From contig CM082590.2 in the NCBI GenBank assembly GCA_040954595.2, forward strand, positions 8,122,001 through 8,186,000: 64,000 nucleotides of DNA, in the 5' to 3' direction. Made by a program: the position numbers and the translations under genes. This DNA is from Balanoglossus misakiensis (lineage: Eukaryota; Animalia; Hemichordata). Shown here piece after piece: positions 23,801 through 37,001 of this stretch (position 1 is its first letter; every line of letters starts with the position of its first letter). The notes beneath the pieces are model-generated. The model saw only the letters and a list, made by a program, of their open reading frames with translations. It was not told the DNA's origin and did no database searches.

Positions 23801-26800
23801 CACAGTTCTCTGAAGCCAAGACCCTTCTTGAGGACATCAACAAACAGCAGTGTATACATCGGAGCAATCGTTGGGCGTATCTCCTGAAGGCTGAGCTGAA
23901 GGAACTCACAGCCACGTACATGATGGCCTACGGGTACGCAACAACACTGGATGATGATACACCGCAAGAACTGATGTACGAATCGCTGCGACTGCGACAG
24001 GGTGTGGATAGACTGGGTCACGTCATAGACGGGACAAGCAAAGGTAAACATTGGGTATACCCTTTCACCAACATGGTTTGATCCAACTCTGTTGTTTTCT
24101 ATGGAGGTATTGGACCTCTATACAGGGAAATGGGGGTCAAAGAGTAAAGGTCCACTCCATGGAACAAGCAAAGGTAATCCCTTAACAAATCTATTGTTTC
24201 TTTCAGTCCAATGGGGCGTAGATGCCTGGTCTATCAGAGCAGTATTACTAAGAAGTTGCCACCAGGTCGGACGTCTCTACAACAAGCAATGTGCCGTCAG
24301 GGAAGCAAGGTGTTATTTGTCTGAGGGATTGGTGATAGCAAACAAACTGCAACTGCCAACAAGGTTAGTATTGTTATCGCAATCTTCTATCACGAGAGAG
24401 AAATATTCTAAAGGTCTTGACTTTTAAGAAGTTCCCAACTTAATGTGTATGAAATTTGATTGAGAGAATAAAATGTGGTCAAAGAAATTGCTGTATTTCT
24501 GGATTTTCTGAATGTTACTGTCCAACTCTGCTGAGTGAAGTTTGTTGATTACAAGTCCTGGAATCAGAATGTCTGTAAAGTTTTTCAACATTTGCAAAGT
24601 TTGATTGATTTCTATCAAATTGTGCTTCATCAAAAATTACAGTGGTAAACGTTGTTTCTCATTTTCCTGTGCCCTCTTCAACAGATGTGCCGAATTTCTG
24701 GTCGAGCTGTTCTCCCTGACTGTGCTGCGTGGAGTCAAACTAAAAGACTGTCAGAATTATCTTCAAAACGTCAAAGACATCATCACTGGCATCGAGGCGA
24801 AGAAAATGAAAACAGACTTAAAAGACGAAGAAGCAAGCCAGGAGGAAGATGATGATTTCATCATCAGTAAGCCGATTGATTTCTTGGATTACTTGTCCGA
24901 TCACGAGGATAATGCTGAGAAACATTCGCCCCTGTTGACGTCTGATAACGTTTCCTGGAGTCCGAACGTTGTTGATGATGTCGCCGTGAATAGGATCCAG
25001 CTTCAGATGGGCGTGGTGTATTTGGAGTACCTGGAAACGTATTGTCGTAGCGACGGAGGCGTGATCGAGAACCTGATTAGCGCCCTCAGCGACTTCAGGG
25101 ATGATGCTTGCGATGCGATGCGAAGTCAGGTTGACGGCGTCGCTAGGGAAGTGACGAAGGAACGCAAAAGGAAGATGGCGGGTTCAAAGAGCGAAAGCGC
25201 TCACCTGGACGTCGGCACGGAGATCGATTTCCTGTTGTGGGTCGCGCGACGCAGTCTGGCAGAGGGCGACACGGAAAGGGCGCGACGACGCCTGAAGGAC
25301 ACGGACGCGTTGTGGGATTACGGCGACGCGGCCTCCCAGGCGAAGATACTGTACCACAAGGCGCTCTTGCAGCTGGAGAGCGAAGGCTCTAAAAGTTGGT
25401 GTGACAAACAGTGGCTGCAGCACACAATGTTTGCCAACTCACGTGATGACGTGATCGCCAACTCGCGCGATGACATCATCGCTGACTTGAGCGTCCAACT
25501 CAACCAATGCCATCTCAGCCCTAGGCGTCATGCTGACCAGAATGATGAAACCACCCTGGTTACCATGACACAGAATTTGAAATTAAGCGTAAGCGACATC
25601 GAGAAGTTAGAGAACATCGAGAAATGCTTCAGCGTGAAGAAAGGGAGACGAACAAAAAAGATGCGTCCTGTTGATGAGGAAGAATCTATGGATGTTGCTG
25701 ATTGCCATAGCAACGATGATGGGAAGACAAGCTCAAGGAGATCTAAAGTGTCCACGTCCAGGAGAACTAGAGACACAAGTCATGGGAAGAAGGAGAATCC
25801 ATCTGGAAGTATGAGCTCTAGATCACGGATAAGGACCGCTGATCACGGAAAAGCATCTCATGTGATTGAAAGTGAAGATGATGGAGGAGGGTTGTCTGGA
25901 ATCGGGATAATTTCCAGTAAACCTGAAAATGAGGTATCTGACGGTGAAACGGAAGGAAGGAAAAGAGCTGGGAAAAGTGCTGGAAGGACTAGAGCTAAAG
26001 GTGATCCCGGTGTCAAATCCAGCCGCGGGAGACACAAGAAACGTGATTCCGATGATGTTTTCAGTGCAGACGTAGTCACAGAAGTCAGAGAGGGTGGTGT
26101 TGATTATGTCGAGCAGGGAATCAAGGCGGCAGAGTTGAGTAACGGAAAGATTTCCAAGAGGAATGAAGTGACAGGGACTGGCGGGAAGCCGCGGAGTAGA
26201 GGCCGGAAGGCACTAGGAGACGTAACCCGGAATGGAAGGAAAGACGTCGCTGACGATCTTGTGAAGGACACAGACGGTGAGTGTGGCGACAGCGACGAGA
26301 ACATCGTCATCAAGCGAGCGCCTCGGAGCAGACGGAACGCGACAGGGGGCGCCGGTAAAAGCACAATCAAGACAAGGCAGAGCAGGAGAGTGCGAGCTGA
26401 TGCCAGTGAAATCGAAAAAGTCAGATTCATCGACGAGTTTGACGGCGATGTGGATTTTAACGGCGACGTTGAATGTTTGGAGATTAGCAGTGATTCTGCA
26501 GAGGAAGATAGAAGTCCAGTTGTTGAGTGCAAGTACCAGCCTTGTACGTCGTCCTTCAGTCCATTACCGACAGATCACAACGACAGACTGGAGGAGCCTT
26601 TGACCAAAGACAACAGTCTTCCACTCAAAATTCCTGATGACATCATAGATGGCGAGTTTGAGAACAGAGACATGGTTTGCGACATTGAGGTTCCCAGAAG
26701 CAAAGACAGCGACTCGGAGAGTGAGGACTGTGTCTTTCGACCCAGACGTAAGACCAAGACAACGGGTATCAGCAGAAAAGGCAAGAAGCAGACAGTGAAA

Positions 26801-29800
26801 TCAGGTACGTGTTAACTTCATATATAGAATATGTTCATACTGTATAAACAAATTCTCTGTGAAATTGTACATGTACATGTATCTGATTAACATGTGAATT
26901 ACAAGCCATAACTGATGACAAAATAAAAATATTAAGAGTCTGTTGTTTTGAAATCTCACCTACGTACTTAATATTAGTTGTCATTTTGTGAATTATACTA
27001 ATTTTTAATGTATCATCTGTTTGTGAGAAATATTGGAAAAAGTATAAAAATCAACTTATTTTTCTTTCAGAAACTGACATGAATGACATTATCGACATGT
27101 TGAAAACAGCCTATGATCTCTGCCAGTCTTTTCCTCACACATTGCTGTATTTGGACATCTGTCAGTTACTGACGTGTTGCTATGGCAATAAAAACACATC
27201 CAGCCCCACAGCACATTATCTGCACGAGTCCCTTGCTGTTACTCTACGACACCAGAAGATTTCAACCATTTACAAGAAAATGAGGTAAGAAACTTGGCTC
27301 CAAGTCTGGTCAATTTACTAGTACATGTATAATCATGTTGATATGTTTGACAGTGATCGCGATGTACACATATACATGACTTGTTGACAAACAGAAAATA
27401 GTTTGTGACTTACCACTAAACAGCCAGAGTCTTGGAATAAAGGTGGGTCCACTTTAACAAACACAATGATTGTTTCCTCATTTCAGAAAACTAAGGAAAG
27501 AGAATAAAATGGAAGACTTAAGAAGACTGCAGCAGGAAAGACAAGTGTTTGTTTTCAGTGGTGAGAAAGATATCGTCAAGGAAACACAGCAAAAACTACC
27601 TCAAGGTAATGCGATAATCAGCCTAAACTACTTTGGTAAAGGAATTATTAATCTGATTACAATCTGATGAAGAGATGGGTGGGTCTTTTCTCTTGATTTG
27701 TATTGTCTATCTGGGCTGGGAGAGTTTTGTTTGTGTTTGTATATTCAGTTTTGTTTGTGTTTGTACATTCAGTTTTGTTTGTGTTTGTATATCTGGGCTA
27801 TGGCTAGTATGAGGTTTCTTGATTGAGTTTTGTTTGTGTTTGTATATCTGGGCTATGACTAGTATGAGGTTTCCTGAGTCAGTTTTGTTTGTGTTTGTCC
27901 CCAGGTTGGAGTGTGTGCACCGTATCCATTGTCAACACTGGTAAACATCAACACATGGTGATCAGCCGACTACAGTCGCAGAGTGAATCCATTGTCATCA
28001 AGATACCAAACCAACAGGTATTAAAAACCAGCACATATATATTTTTTCCTTTTTTTTTTGTATGATCTTGAATGTCATTTTTACTCTGATAAGCTAAATT
28101 GTTTCATTTAGCTAACAATTGGCTAACCCAATGTCAGTACTTAAGAAAATAACACTTTATATACTGTTTGTTTTTGTCTACAGAGGCGGAGTAGGAGTTT
28201 TGAACAAATAGCTGATGACTTCACGTCTATTGAGGTGGAGAGTAAACGCAGTGTCAAAGAAAAAAACAAGAAAATCTGGTGGCAGACAAGGCAGGATTTG
28301 GACAACCAACTCAGGGTAAGGAAATAAAGGTCATCATGATAGATATTAGAATTCCTGAAAAAGTTTAGGAACGTCCAGAAATATACAAATGATATCATAC
28401 TTAAGGTCACCAGGGGTCAGGATGCAAAAGATGATAGACATATTAATCACATATGCAAGTTTAGCACACTTACTGTTGATAGTTAAGGTTGACTTGGTGG
28501 CCATGCCAGTCACACATCATTGATGCAAATCACCGTTTATCATCCGTTGCCATGGTTAGGTGCTACTGGACGAACTGGAGAACTCAGTCCTCGGCTTCTG
28601 GAAAGTCCTGTTGCTAGGCAACCTCCAGGATGACAAAATCTGTCAAGATATCAAGAGAAACGTATCGCAGTTACAGAGACAGCTCGTCAAGCAGAATATG
28701 AGTTCAATGCACAAACAACTACTCCAGGTAATCAACAAGTCACAGTAATATTAACCCTCTCACCAGAATGGTTTGCCCAATCCCATTGCTTTCAATGGCA
28801 AAGGTGGACCTCTATACTTAGAAATGGGGGTGAAAAGGTTATCATCACAACATTTTGCCTTAATGTTTTAGACGGTCATTCAGTTTTATGGTGTTAACAC
28901 ACTCCTGGAAATTTCAACCAATAGTGGAAAAATCTTCTTACAGTATAAGAGGGTAATATTATACGTATATTGACTGGCTATGAGGGTGACAACATATGTT
29001 TGTATGAGACTAAGAAGGCAATATATTCATACATGTATTTGACTTTTTACAGTCGCTACTTGAAGGTCATAGTTGGTTATCAGAGCATCAAGTACAACAA
29101 GGATTATCATCTGTGACAGGATGGGACATCAACTCGTCTGAATTCAAGACATTCTACACAGAATACCAAAGCCTTGCTAAAAAGATGGAAGACAAACACA
29201 AACTGAAATCCACACAGAGATGTCCTGTGATTCTTATCCTAGATAAGGTAGGGTAATTATTAAATAATAACACATGATAGCGAGGGCAATATCACGATTT
29301 GAAGCCTACACGAGGGATGGTGATCTCTGACCATAATATTGATGATCATCAGTCAACATCATTGACTAAACAGTGGCGGGATAGTTTCATTATAGCCCTG
29401 AAACATGAGATACTGATGTTTATATTAACTTTGACAGAGGGAGATGGATTCACTATAGCCCCGGAGACAGGGAGATATTAACATCAATGACCTAGACAGA
29501 GGAATGTTACATCATAGGTTCTAACAGATGCATTCTACGTTTTCTTCTTACAGAACGTACAGAAATTACCATGGGAGAGCATGCCAATGTTACGACACAA
29601 CAGTGTGTCCAGAATGCCATCGCTCCGATTTGTACTGTCCCATTTACAACAGAGAGAATATACAGATTGTGTTTTAAATCATGGTGTGAATCCTAAGAAG
29701 ACATCCTATGTGATTAACCCCAGTAATGACTTGGCAAATACACAGACTATGTTCCTTAACTGGTTTAACAAGTAAGTAACAATACACAGTCAACCATGAT

Positions 29801-31703
29801 TACATTATCTGAGTCATCTATGTGAGATATAACATCACTCTCATCTGGACGTAAAAGTCTGATGAATGTACATGTAGTTATGTTTCCATTACAGGGACAA
29901 AGTCTCTCTCTCTCGCTGCCCTTTTTCCATTAATTATGTTTGATACAAGACACTGTTTATGTTAATATGTAGTGAATTAACGTTCGACCACACACAACTT
30001 CCATCCCGTTTGTAGGATACGAGAGTAAAAACTTGCCCAAAATGAATAAATGGCTGAGACCGATTATTCATTTTGGCAAGTTTTTCACTCTAGTCTCTAC
30101 AAGTGGGACGGAAGGTGTGTGTGGTTATTCACTATATAATCCACATGTACATTATATTAACATAAACGGTGTCTTGTATCAAACATAATTAATGGAACAA
30201 GGGCAGCGAGAGAGAGACTTTGTCCCTTTCAGTTTGAAGACACATCAGTGTTTAATCAAGACATTTTTGTTATTTTCCAGAGAGCTCGCTTGGACGGGTG
30301 TGGCTGGCAGAGTTCCTACAACTGAGGAATACAAATCAGCTTTGTTGGATCAAGATTTATTTATGTAAGTGTAATTATCTCTGTTTTAGTGAATGTACTC
30401 ATCAATGCCAATCCCATGGTTGGACTTTATATGCTTTGGAGTGGGGGTGTAAGATGGTATACATAGCAGCGATACTACAAAAACGCCTAGATATATGATT
30501 TTGCCTTTTGCTTGTTCCATGGAATAAATAACAGGAATCTACTCCTTAGACAGTCACTGTCAAATAGACAAAATTATTTCAGAGTGTGTTACAAATACCT
30601 TCACAAATTAAACGCTTAGTGGAACTTTGCCTGAGCCAAAAGTGTTAATCCTCTTGAAATAATTATGGTCCCCCTTTAATTAAATTACTGGTACTTTCAA
30701 TGCCATGGTTGGACTTATAAATTCTGTATATCAGGGGTGTATGACTTGAGGATATACTTGTTGCGATGTACCCTCTTATTATTCTGAATATCTCATTCTC
30801 ACACAATCTACCCATATTGTTTTGCAGTTACTGTGGCCATGGGACGGGTCGTCAGTATTTACATGGCGATGACATACAACAGTTGGAATGCAAGGCAGTC
30901 TCGTTACTAATGGGATGTAGCAGTGGGAAACTGCAAGTCACCGGAAATCTGGAATCGACCGGAATGGTCCTTTATTATCTGCTATCCGGATGGTAAGTGG
31001 TTTTGTCTGAAGATGTCTTAGTCCCGGATTTGTTTTGTTTTGTTTCAAGAAATACAGTTACTATTATTTTACATATGCCTATATATTGTCAAGAGGATGT
31101 GTCTAAATCTTCAAATGATCATATAGGGATGTACTTTTATGTGTGGTCACCCACTGAAAATCTGTGATTGGCTAGATCTCAACTCTCCATGGTAATTATG
31201 GTTAATCTGCATACAAGACCTTTAAAATGGAGGATTCAACTTGTTTGATTTTATGAACAAAGCTCAGAATGAAACCTTACACTTAAATGTCAAACTCATC
31301 CCTCAATTATCGCCATTTTACCCCTGTTTCCATGTATAGAGGTCCAACTCTACCATGGATAACATATGGATTTGGACCAAACCATAGTGGTAAACGGGTA
31401 AAAAGACCACAGCTGTCAGTGTAGTTGATCGGATAGACTTAACACTAACAAAAATACTTCTTATTCTCTCCATCTTCTTTCAGTCCGTGCGTCGTTGGTG
31501 CGCTGTGGGACGTCACTGATCGAGACACCGACCGATACCTGGAAGCTTTGTTGAAATCCTGGTTGCATAGCGACCCGCCATCGCGTGATTTACTGCAGCA
31601 TGTGAGTCGCAGCAGGGATGTGTGCAAGTTGCAGTATCTGATTGGAGCTGCGTTGGTGGTGTATGGGCTGCCTGTTGATATCGCGCCTTCAGATGGGAAA
31701 TGA
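17872..31703 (+). CDS. ESPL1: Separase (separin, peptidase C50), 22 coding exons
   Basis: In-frame GT-AG exons 17872-17943, 18570-19875, 20233-20378, 20726-20919, 21238-21329, 21597-21740, 22080-22206, 22730-22930, 23200-23451, 23806-24043, 24207-24363, 24685-26804, 27071-27284, 27487-27605, 27905-28017, 28184-28315, 28560-28727, 29053-29247, 29554-29771, 30281-30364, 30828-30992 and 31484-31703. Motifs WW..R..LD, LPWESMP.L, SRMPSL, YVINPSNDL, catalytic YCGHG and LMGCSSG, LWDVTD, VVYGLP. Confidence 0.96.
18424..18535 (+). repeat. Imperfect (CAT)n microsatellite in ESPL1 intron 1
   Basis: Interrupted CAT runs. Confidence 0.9.
20463..20697. mobile_element. TTAA-flanked MITE of about 235 bp (Kolobok-like) in an ESPL1 intron
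   Basis: TTAA|AGTGAAGGGGTCGTCGCG...CGCGACGACCCCTTCCCT|TTAA. Confidence 0.75.
21358..21452. mobile_element. piggyBac-like MITE of about 90 bp (TTAA|CCCTTTCA...GAAAGGG|TTAA), dispersed family
   Basis: Related copies at about 21762, 22300, 22978, 24059, 28751, 31317, 32030 (partial), 32429, 39386, 39737, 40343, 43378, 44637 (diverged), 60281 and 60415. Confidence 0.8.
22468..22710 (+). repeat. Intronic tandem duplication of about 120 bp
   Basis: CCAAGTTACTAGTA...CAGGTACAAGCTTG..GAT.GGCTCCAGCG.TGATGACTCAGAAATCC occurs twice. Confidence 0.85.
27720..27898 (+). repeat. Intronic minisatellite with an AGTTTTGTTTGTGTTTGT core
   Basis: Five copies of the core at 24-57 bp spacing, just upstream of an ESPL1 acceptor. 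Confidence 0.85.
29893..30227. mobile_element. Kolobok-like palindromic MITE, copy 2
   Basis: AGGGACAAAGTCTCTCTCTCTCGCTGCCC...GGGCAGCGAGAGAGAGACTTTGTCCCT; homologous to 15994-16331 in the opposite orientation. Confidence 0.8.
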
Positions 31704-32428
31704 GTCTGCTGTGGTTGACATATGAATACAACAGATGGATAGGACAAGGACATGCTCTTACAGAGACTGCCTGTCAATATGGAACTGTCAGATAGGAATT
31801 GAGTCTGCTACGAGGGACGGCTGACATAAATACAACAGATGGATATAGCGGGAGCCACAATCACTGAATCAAACTGCACCTTGTAGTTACTGTTTTGAGT
31901 CAACAGGGAATCATTGAACAAAACTGCAACATGATTACGTCATGTGTGCCCAAGGTGCTTTTTCTTCAGTGATAAGGCTTGACTTGTACAGTGAAACCTG
32001 TCTAAACCGAACACTATGAAACACTGGGATTGGACTGAACCACTGTGGTGAAAGGGTTAAAACGAACTGAATCAATGACAATCACTGCCGGAACCTGTGC
32101 AGTCAAGTGTACAGAAACAGTATTCACAACTTTTTTACCTCAGTCATTTCGATTTCAATTATTTATGGATTTCAAAAGCCTTCCTCGTGGTCATGTACTT
32201 TTATTTACACAAAATATTTTCGGGATTTTCAAAGTTTTGACAAACACTGCCAAGGTTTCATAGTTCAGTGTTTCTTTCAATTGAGAACAGTTTTGAGCAA
32301 AAATTCAACTTTGTCATATTTTTCTGAGTAAATTTTTAGACCCAGTGATCTGAACTCTTGTGGGACAATGAACTTTTTCTAGAGGAATATATGTCTCATG
32401 TAGTGTCAATTCAAATAAACAGGATCCC

Positions 32429-32520
32429 TTAACCCTTTCACCCCCAGTTCCCTCTTTTGAGGTCCAACCTTACCATGGAAAACAATTGGTTTGGACTGAA
32501 CCATGGTGGTGAAAGGGTTA
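32429..32520. mobile_element. piggyBac-like MITE of about 90 bp, intact copy
   Basis: TTAACCCTTTCACCCCC...GGTGGTGAAAGGGTTAA. Confidence 0.8.
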
Positions 32521-33613
32521 AAGCTCCATTAGCTCTCGCTATGTTTCAAACAACAAAATTTACATTTTTTTCACAAATTTCACCTCACTCCACACAGCTG
32601 TAATTTATCAATCCAATTTATTCCAATCTCTGCAGTAGTGTCAATTGTATTTGTTTATACATACATAATGTTGTTTGCCTTTGTTTACAACTGAAATAAA
32701 CAATTTCTGAAGAATTTTTATTCTTGTGTGGCTGTCAAATTCTCTTTCATGAAAAGAATATGAAGATATTAAAAGTTATATTAAAAGTTGCATGTCAAAT
32801 ATTGAAATTCACACAAGATTCTACAGTTCTACTGTCATTCTCTGGAATTAAAACAATTATTTTTAATTAAATATACATCATCCTTGCAAAAAGTCCTTTC
32901 AAATTATGTAAACTCATTAAAAAAAATCAGAAAACTTAGCCAGTGTCTGGGATCGAGAAAACCTTAGAAAACAATTAGAAGTTCATTTTCAAAAACAGAA
33001 TAACTTCTGAAAATCAAAACCAATTACAATTTAACACACAGCTGTATAAAATACAAATGTCTATTCTGCTATCAACAACAAACCAAGTTATAAACAATGA
33101 AAGGACAGAATCTCTTTTTATGAATTTTTTTTTTGATATATTTTTTTGTCTGAAAACTTTTTATGATTATTATATTCCATACACCAGAACACACTAAACA
33201 GTTGAAAGTAATAGTCTCACACGATAAAACACATGAATTCACAATTTTTGGACAAAAATAGAAATTCCATCATGGAGGAATTCACTTGTCCGTATCTAGG
33301 GAGTGAGTTGAACAGCAACAACTCAGCATTCATTTTGAAAGATATGAATTGGATCGACTAATCTAAATCAGTCATTATTTTTACGCAAACTATGATTGGT
33401 GGTTAATGCACTACATTCAATTTCAAGTTGTGGATAATTTTACCCACAATGCTAAAGTCTGGTTTGACCAAAAATGTTTCAGGATTTGTGAAATAACTCA
33501 CAAACTCTGTGAGTTACACAAACATGGGTAGTCAGTCACTCATCACAAAGAATTCTCATCCAAAGTTGGTAATATTTGGAATATAGTCTGCTTCATCTTG
33601 TGATGTTTTAGTG

Positions 33614-35833
33614 TCACTGTACAAACACTTTGATGCAGTGGTTGTCCCTATCAGCTACAACCACCCTGCAAGGTTCATCATCTGTCAGTGCCAGACCAAT
33701 GGGGTGGTTCAGCTTATCCCCATCACTGTCAATACGACAAACAAACTTACCACCACTCTCAAACTTCAGTATGCTGTGACCAGAAATGGTACCAGTACTA
33801 ACATACACATATTTATCATTCTCAATGATTATTCCCCTGGGGTAACTGCCCTGACCATCCCCACTCTGGCAATCAAAGGAATACAAATACTGGTCATCTG
33901 AATTGAACACCTGGATACACTTGTTCCAGTAATCTGCAACAAACACCATCCCACTTCTTCCCACTACTATTCCCCAGGGCCAATCAAATTTCCCCTGACC
34001 TTTACCTTCTGACCCAAATGACCTTATATACGTGCCAAGTTGTGTATAAATCCTGACACATTGCCCACCCGCGTCTGTCACATAGACATTACCATTGACA
34101 GGGCTGATAGATATCCCCCATGGATCCTTCAGCCCCTGTCCAAAGCATCTGATGACACGTCCATTCTCATCACTGACAACTACTTCATTATTCTGGTCAT
34201 CTAAACTATAGTGTGTATTATCACTTGATATAGTTATGTCACACGGCCTGAAATGTTCGTTAAATTGTGTAAATTCCAAGATTTTCTTCACTCTGCCCGA
34301 TCTGGTGGTTATTTGTAGTCTGTTATTGTCTGTATCAGCAGTGACAATGTCTTTGTCTTTGTTTATGGCCACACTCAAGGGATTGTTGAACTGTCCCTCA
34401 GCACTTCCTCTACTGCCAATGGTTTGAACCAATCTTTTGATGACAGGTATGGTGACAGGAGAGCCTGGTATTGCTTGATCTTCTATTGTCATGGCAACTT
34501 GATACTTCCCATCCATTTGTCCATTCACTGTCACTCTGTGTGTACCATCTCTGTTATCTGATACTTTGATGTCTTCCCATGATGCATCTGGTTTTCTTAA
34601 CTTGGCTTTCACTGGTTGTTTTGGGACGACTTGCTTTCCTGTGGAATCTCTGGTTGTGATCAGCAGGTGTGCAGAGTCACCTTTCAGAAGTTGTTTTGGA
34701 ATGTTTTCAACTGTACACTTTGAGATACAGACATCAAGAGGAGTAATAATCTCTCCCAGAATTCCTCGCTCATTAAATGCACCACTTTGTTTCAACTCTA
34801 TATGTTGCACTTGGAGCTGTTGTTTTGTTTCCATGGCAATAAGTTGATTGATGCGATGTTCTGCATCAGCCTTGGTTGAGAGAAGTTGAGCAGCATTCCC
34901 ATGATGCATCAATGTTTCAATATAACTGCATGTACTCTTAATGTTACCATGTTTTAATTCCAACTCATCAATGTCCACAGCTGATGTTTTTATTTTCAGT
35001 TTGTAATTTTCATTCAGCTCATCTACCAGTCTCTGCTCTTCTCTCTTTACTTTGTTGATGATTTCTTCTGCTTTCATTCTCACCTTCCTTTCTTCTTTCT
35101 TATGCTTCTCTGTAAGATCGCTGTGTACCTGCTTGGCTAGGCTTTTGTTCTTTTCAGTTTCCTGTTCTTTCACTTTCAGTTTGTCACCCATGACTTTCAA
35201 GTCTCTCAGATACTCATCTGCTGCATCTTTCAGATACCTATGGTTGTGTTGTGGTATTCTGTGTTCAATGATTGTACAGTCTGTACAGATGGGCACCTGA
35301 CAGGTGTCACAGTAGAATTTGATTTCATTCTTGGTGTGGACACTGCAATATTCTACTGCTTGCAATGATACAGGACTGGTTGACTTTGCTGTTTCATATT
35401 CTTCAATGGTTAGAACTCTGTGTGTCTTTGTGAGTGGTAGATTTCTATGGACCTTAACACAGCTTTTACACAGATAATTTTGGCACTGATCTACACACCT
35501 GTGAGTGGCTATATTCTCTTGGCAACCTTCACACTTGATCTCGGCTCTCTGAGCGGATTCCTGTCGTTGGTTGTACAGTTCTATCAAATTTGAAATGAAG
35601 AAGTTGGTCTTGATTCCTGGAACTCCACTACCAGGAAGTTGATATTGCCGTCGACATTCTGGACAGGTTAGAGATCCTGTCTTTTCAACCAATGTGACCA
35701 AACACGGCTCACAGTATGTATGCAGACATGGTAGAGTTTTCGGAGTTTTAAACAACTCCAGACAGATGGTACAACACAGGAAATCCTCGCCCACTTCTTT
35801 CAGAAATTTACCTTCAGTGCCTGCAGTCGCCAT
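33614..35833 (-). CDS. TRIM-NHL E3 ubiquitin ligase (TRIM2/3-like: RING, two B-boxes, coiled coil, filamin, NHL repeats), single coding exon
   Basis: 739-aa ORF with RING CTICLE..LPCLHTYC..C..CPECR, B-box1 CEGC..C..C..C..H..H, B-box2 CSVH..FYCDTC..IC.DC...H..H, filamin V.DN.DGT..V..G.Y....I.GSP, NHL repeats GQFNNP..VA / GKFDWPWGI / VAD..NHCIKVF. Confidence 0.93.
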   Translation of the reverse strand: MATAGTEGKFLKEVGEDFLCCTICLELFKTPKTLPCLHTYCEPCLVTLVEKTGSLTCPECRRQYQLPGSGVPGIKTNFFISNLIELYNQRQESAQRAEIKCEGCQENIATHRCVDQCQNYLCKSCVKVHRNLPLTKTHRVLTIEEYETAKSTSPVSLQAVEYCSVHTKNEIKFYCDTCQVPICTDCTIIEHRIPQHNHRYLKDAADEYLRDLKVMGDKLKVKEQETEKNKSLAKQVHSDLTEKHKKEERKVRMKAEEIINKVKREEQRLVDELNENYKLKIKTSAVDIDELELKHGNIKSTCSYIETLMHHGNAAQLLSTKADAEHRINQLIAMETKQQLQVQHIELKQSGAFNERGILGEIITPLDVCISKCTVENIPKQLLKGDSAHLLITTRDSTGKQVVPKQPVKAKLRKPDASWEDIKVSDNRDGTHRVTVNGQMDGKYQVAMTIEDQAIPGSPVTIPVIKRLVQTIGSRGSAEGQFNNPLSVAINKDKDIVTADTDNNRLQITTRSGRVKKILEFTQFNEHFRPCDITISSDNTHYSLDDQNNEVVVSDENGRVIRCFGQGLKDPWGISISPVNGNVYVTDAGGQCVRIYTQLGTYIRSFGSEGKGQGKFDWPWGIVVGRSGMVFVADYWNKCIQVFNSDDQYLYSFDCQSGDGQGSYPRGIIIENDKYVYVSTGTISGHSILKFESGGKFVCRIDSDGDKLNHPIGLALTDDEPCRVVVADRDNHCIKVFVQ

Positions 35834-36748
35834 TCTGTACGTGTATCAACTCTCAAAGCTTCAGGAATAGTTTGTGGCAGAGCCCCTTATCTTGGTGTAA
35901 TTGAAACACTTTGAAATGTCTGAGTATACGTCATCAGTGAATCAAAGTATATGATATGTAAATAGTGTGATCAATATGTGACTAACCTAAGCAGTACACC
36001 TAGACAACTGAAAAACTGGGGTGAGAATTGTGGGTATTATTTCTCAACTAATCTGAGGTCATCGTTGGGTCATCTTCACAACAATGGTGCGAATACCTGC
36101 AGTGTACCAGACAACTGAAGTATGCCAATCCTTAGTTCTAGTGTTGCACACAATCTCTGTTGTCTGCAAATATATCAATCTAGGTCAGAAATTTCATGTA
36201 CTGTCGAATTATCATCAAAGTTAAATTTAGGATGTAAGACCATAATATAACTTAATATATACTCTTTCATATCAAACATATATTTCATGCGAACAAAAGC
36301 TCAAATATTACATCTGAGCTGCAGAAAAAGTTCCTTATATTCATTTTGCCGTTTATCTGATTTCAAAGTGATAATACCAACTACACTGACTGAAATTTCA
36401 GTCGACCGCAGACAGATTACTAGTCTTATCAACAGAACATGTCAACCAGAGTTATTTACACAAAGAGACAAATTATTTTGAGGTCAGGGAAGTCAGATAA
36501 AAAGCTGACAGAGTAGACAGATTTATTTTGTTGATAAAAGCCATTAACTGAGTGATAAATGTCAAATCAATAGAAGTATGGTGATAGGTGCAGTGGTTTT
36601 GCGTGCTTAATTCTATTCAGTCTCTTCAGTTTAGTTGAACTGTGCACGGTGGAATTTTATTGAAATATATTTAACTGTGTCACTAAGCCAAACAAAACCT
36701 ACAGTTAAAGGTATATGATCACCAATGGACATTAAGCTACAGTTACCA

Positions 36749-36852
36749 CAATCTGATTAAAATCAGATGTAGGGAAAGGCGACGTGGTTTTTTTATGCTG
36801 TCGCCTCAAAAAACCACGTCGCCGTTCCCTACATCTGATTTTAATCAGATTG
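36749..36852. mobile_element. 104-bp hairpin MITE with a 9-bp target-site duplication (Mutator-like)
   Basis: 45-bp arms at 36749-36793 and 36808-36852 with one mismatch; CAGTTACCA flanks both sides (36740-36748 and 36853-36861). Confidence 0.85.
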
Positions 36853-36863
36853 CAGTTACCATA

Positions 36864-37001
36864 GACCACTTCGCGGATAGGGTATCTGCAATGCATGATG
36901 GTAATTTGCGTTCAACATAGCGTCTAGTACATGGCTAACGCACGCGCTCAGAACGCAAACTGTCCCACAACCCCCTGCGTTATTCTAACCGCGAAGTGGT
37001 C
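36864..37001. mobile_element. MITE of about 140 bp with GACCACTTCGCGG terminal inverted repeats
   Basis: GACCACTTCGCGGATAG ... CTAACCGCGAAGTGGTC, with further partial internal complementarity. Confidence 0.65.
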
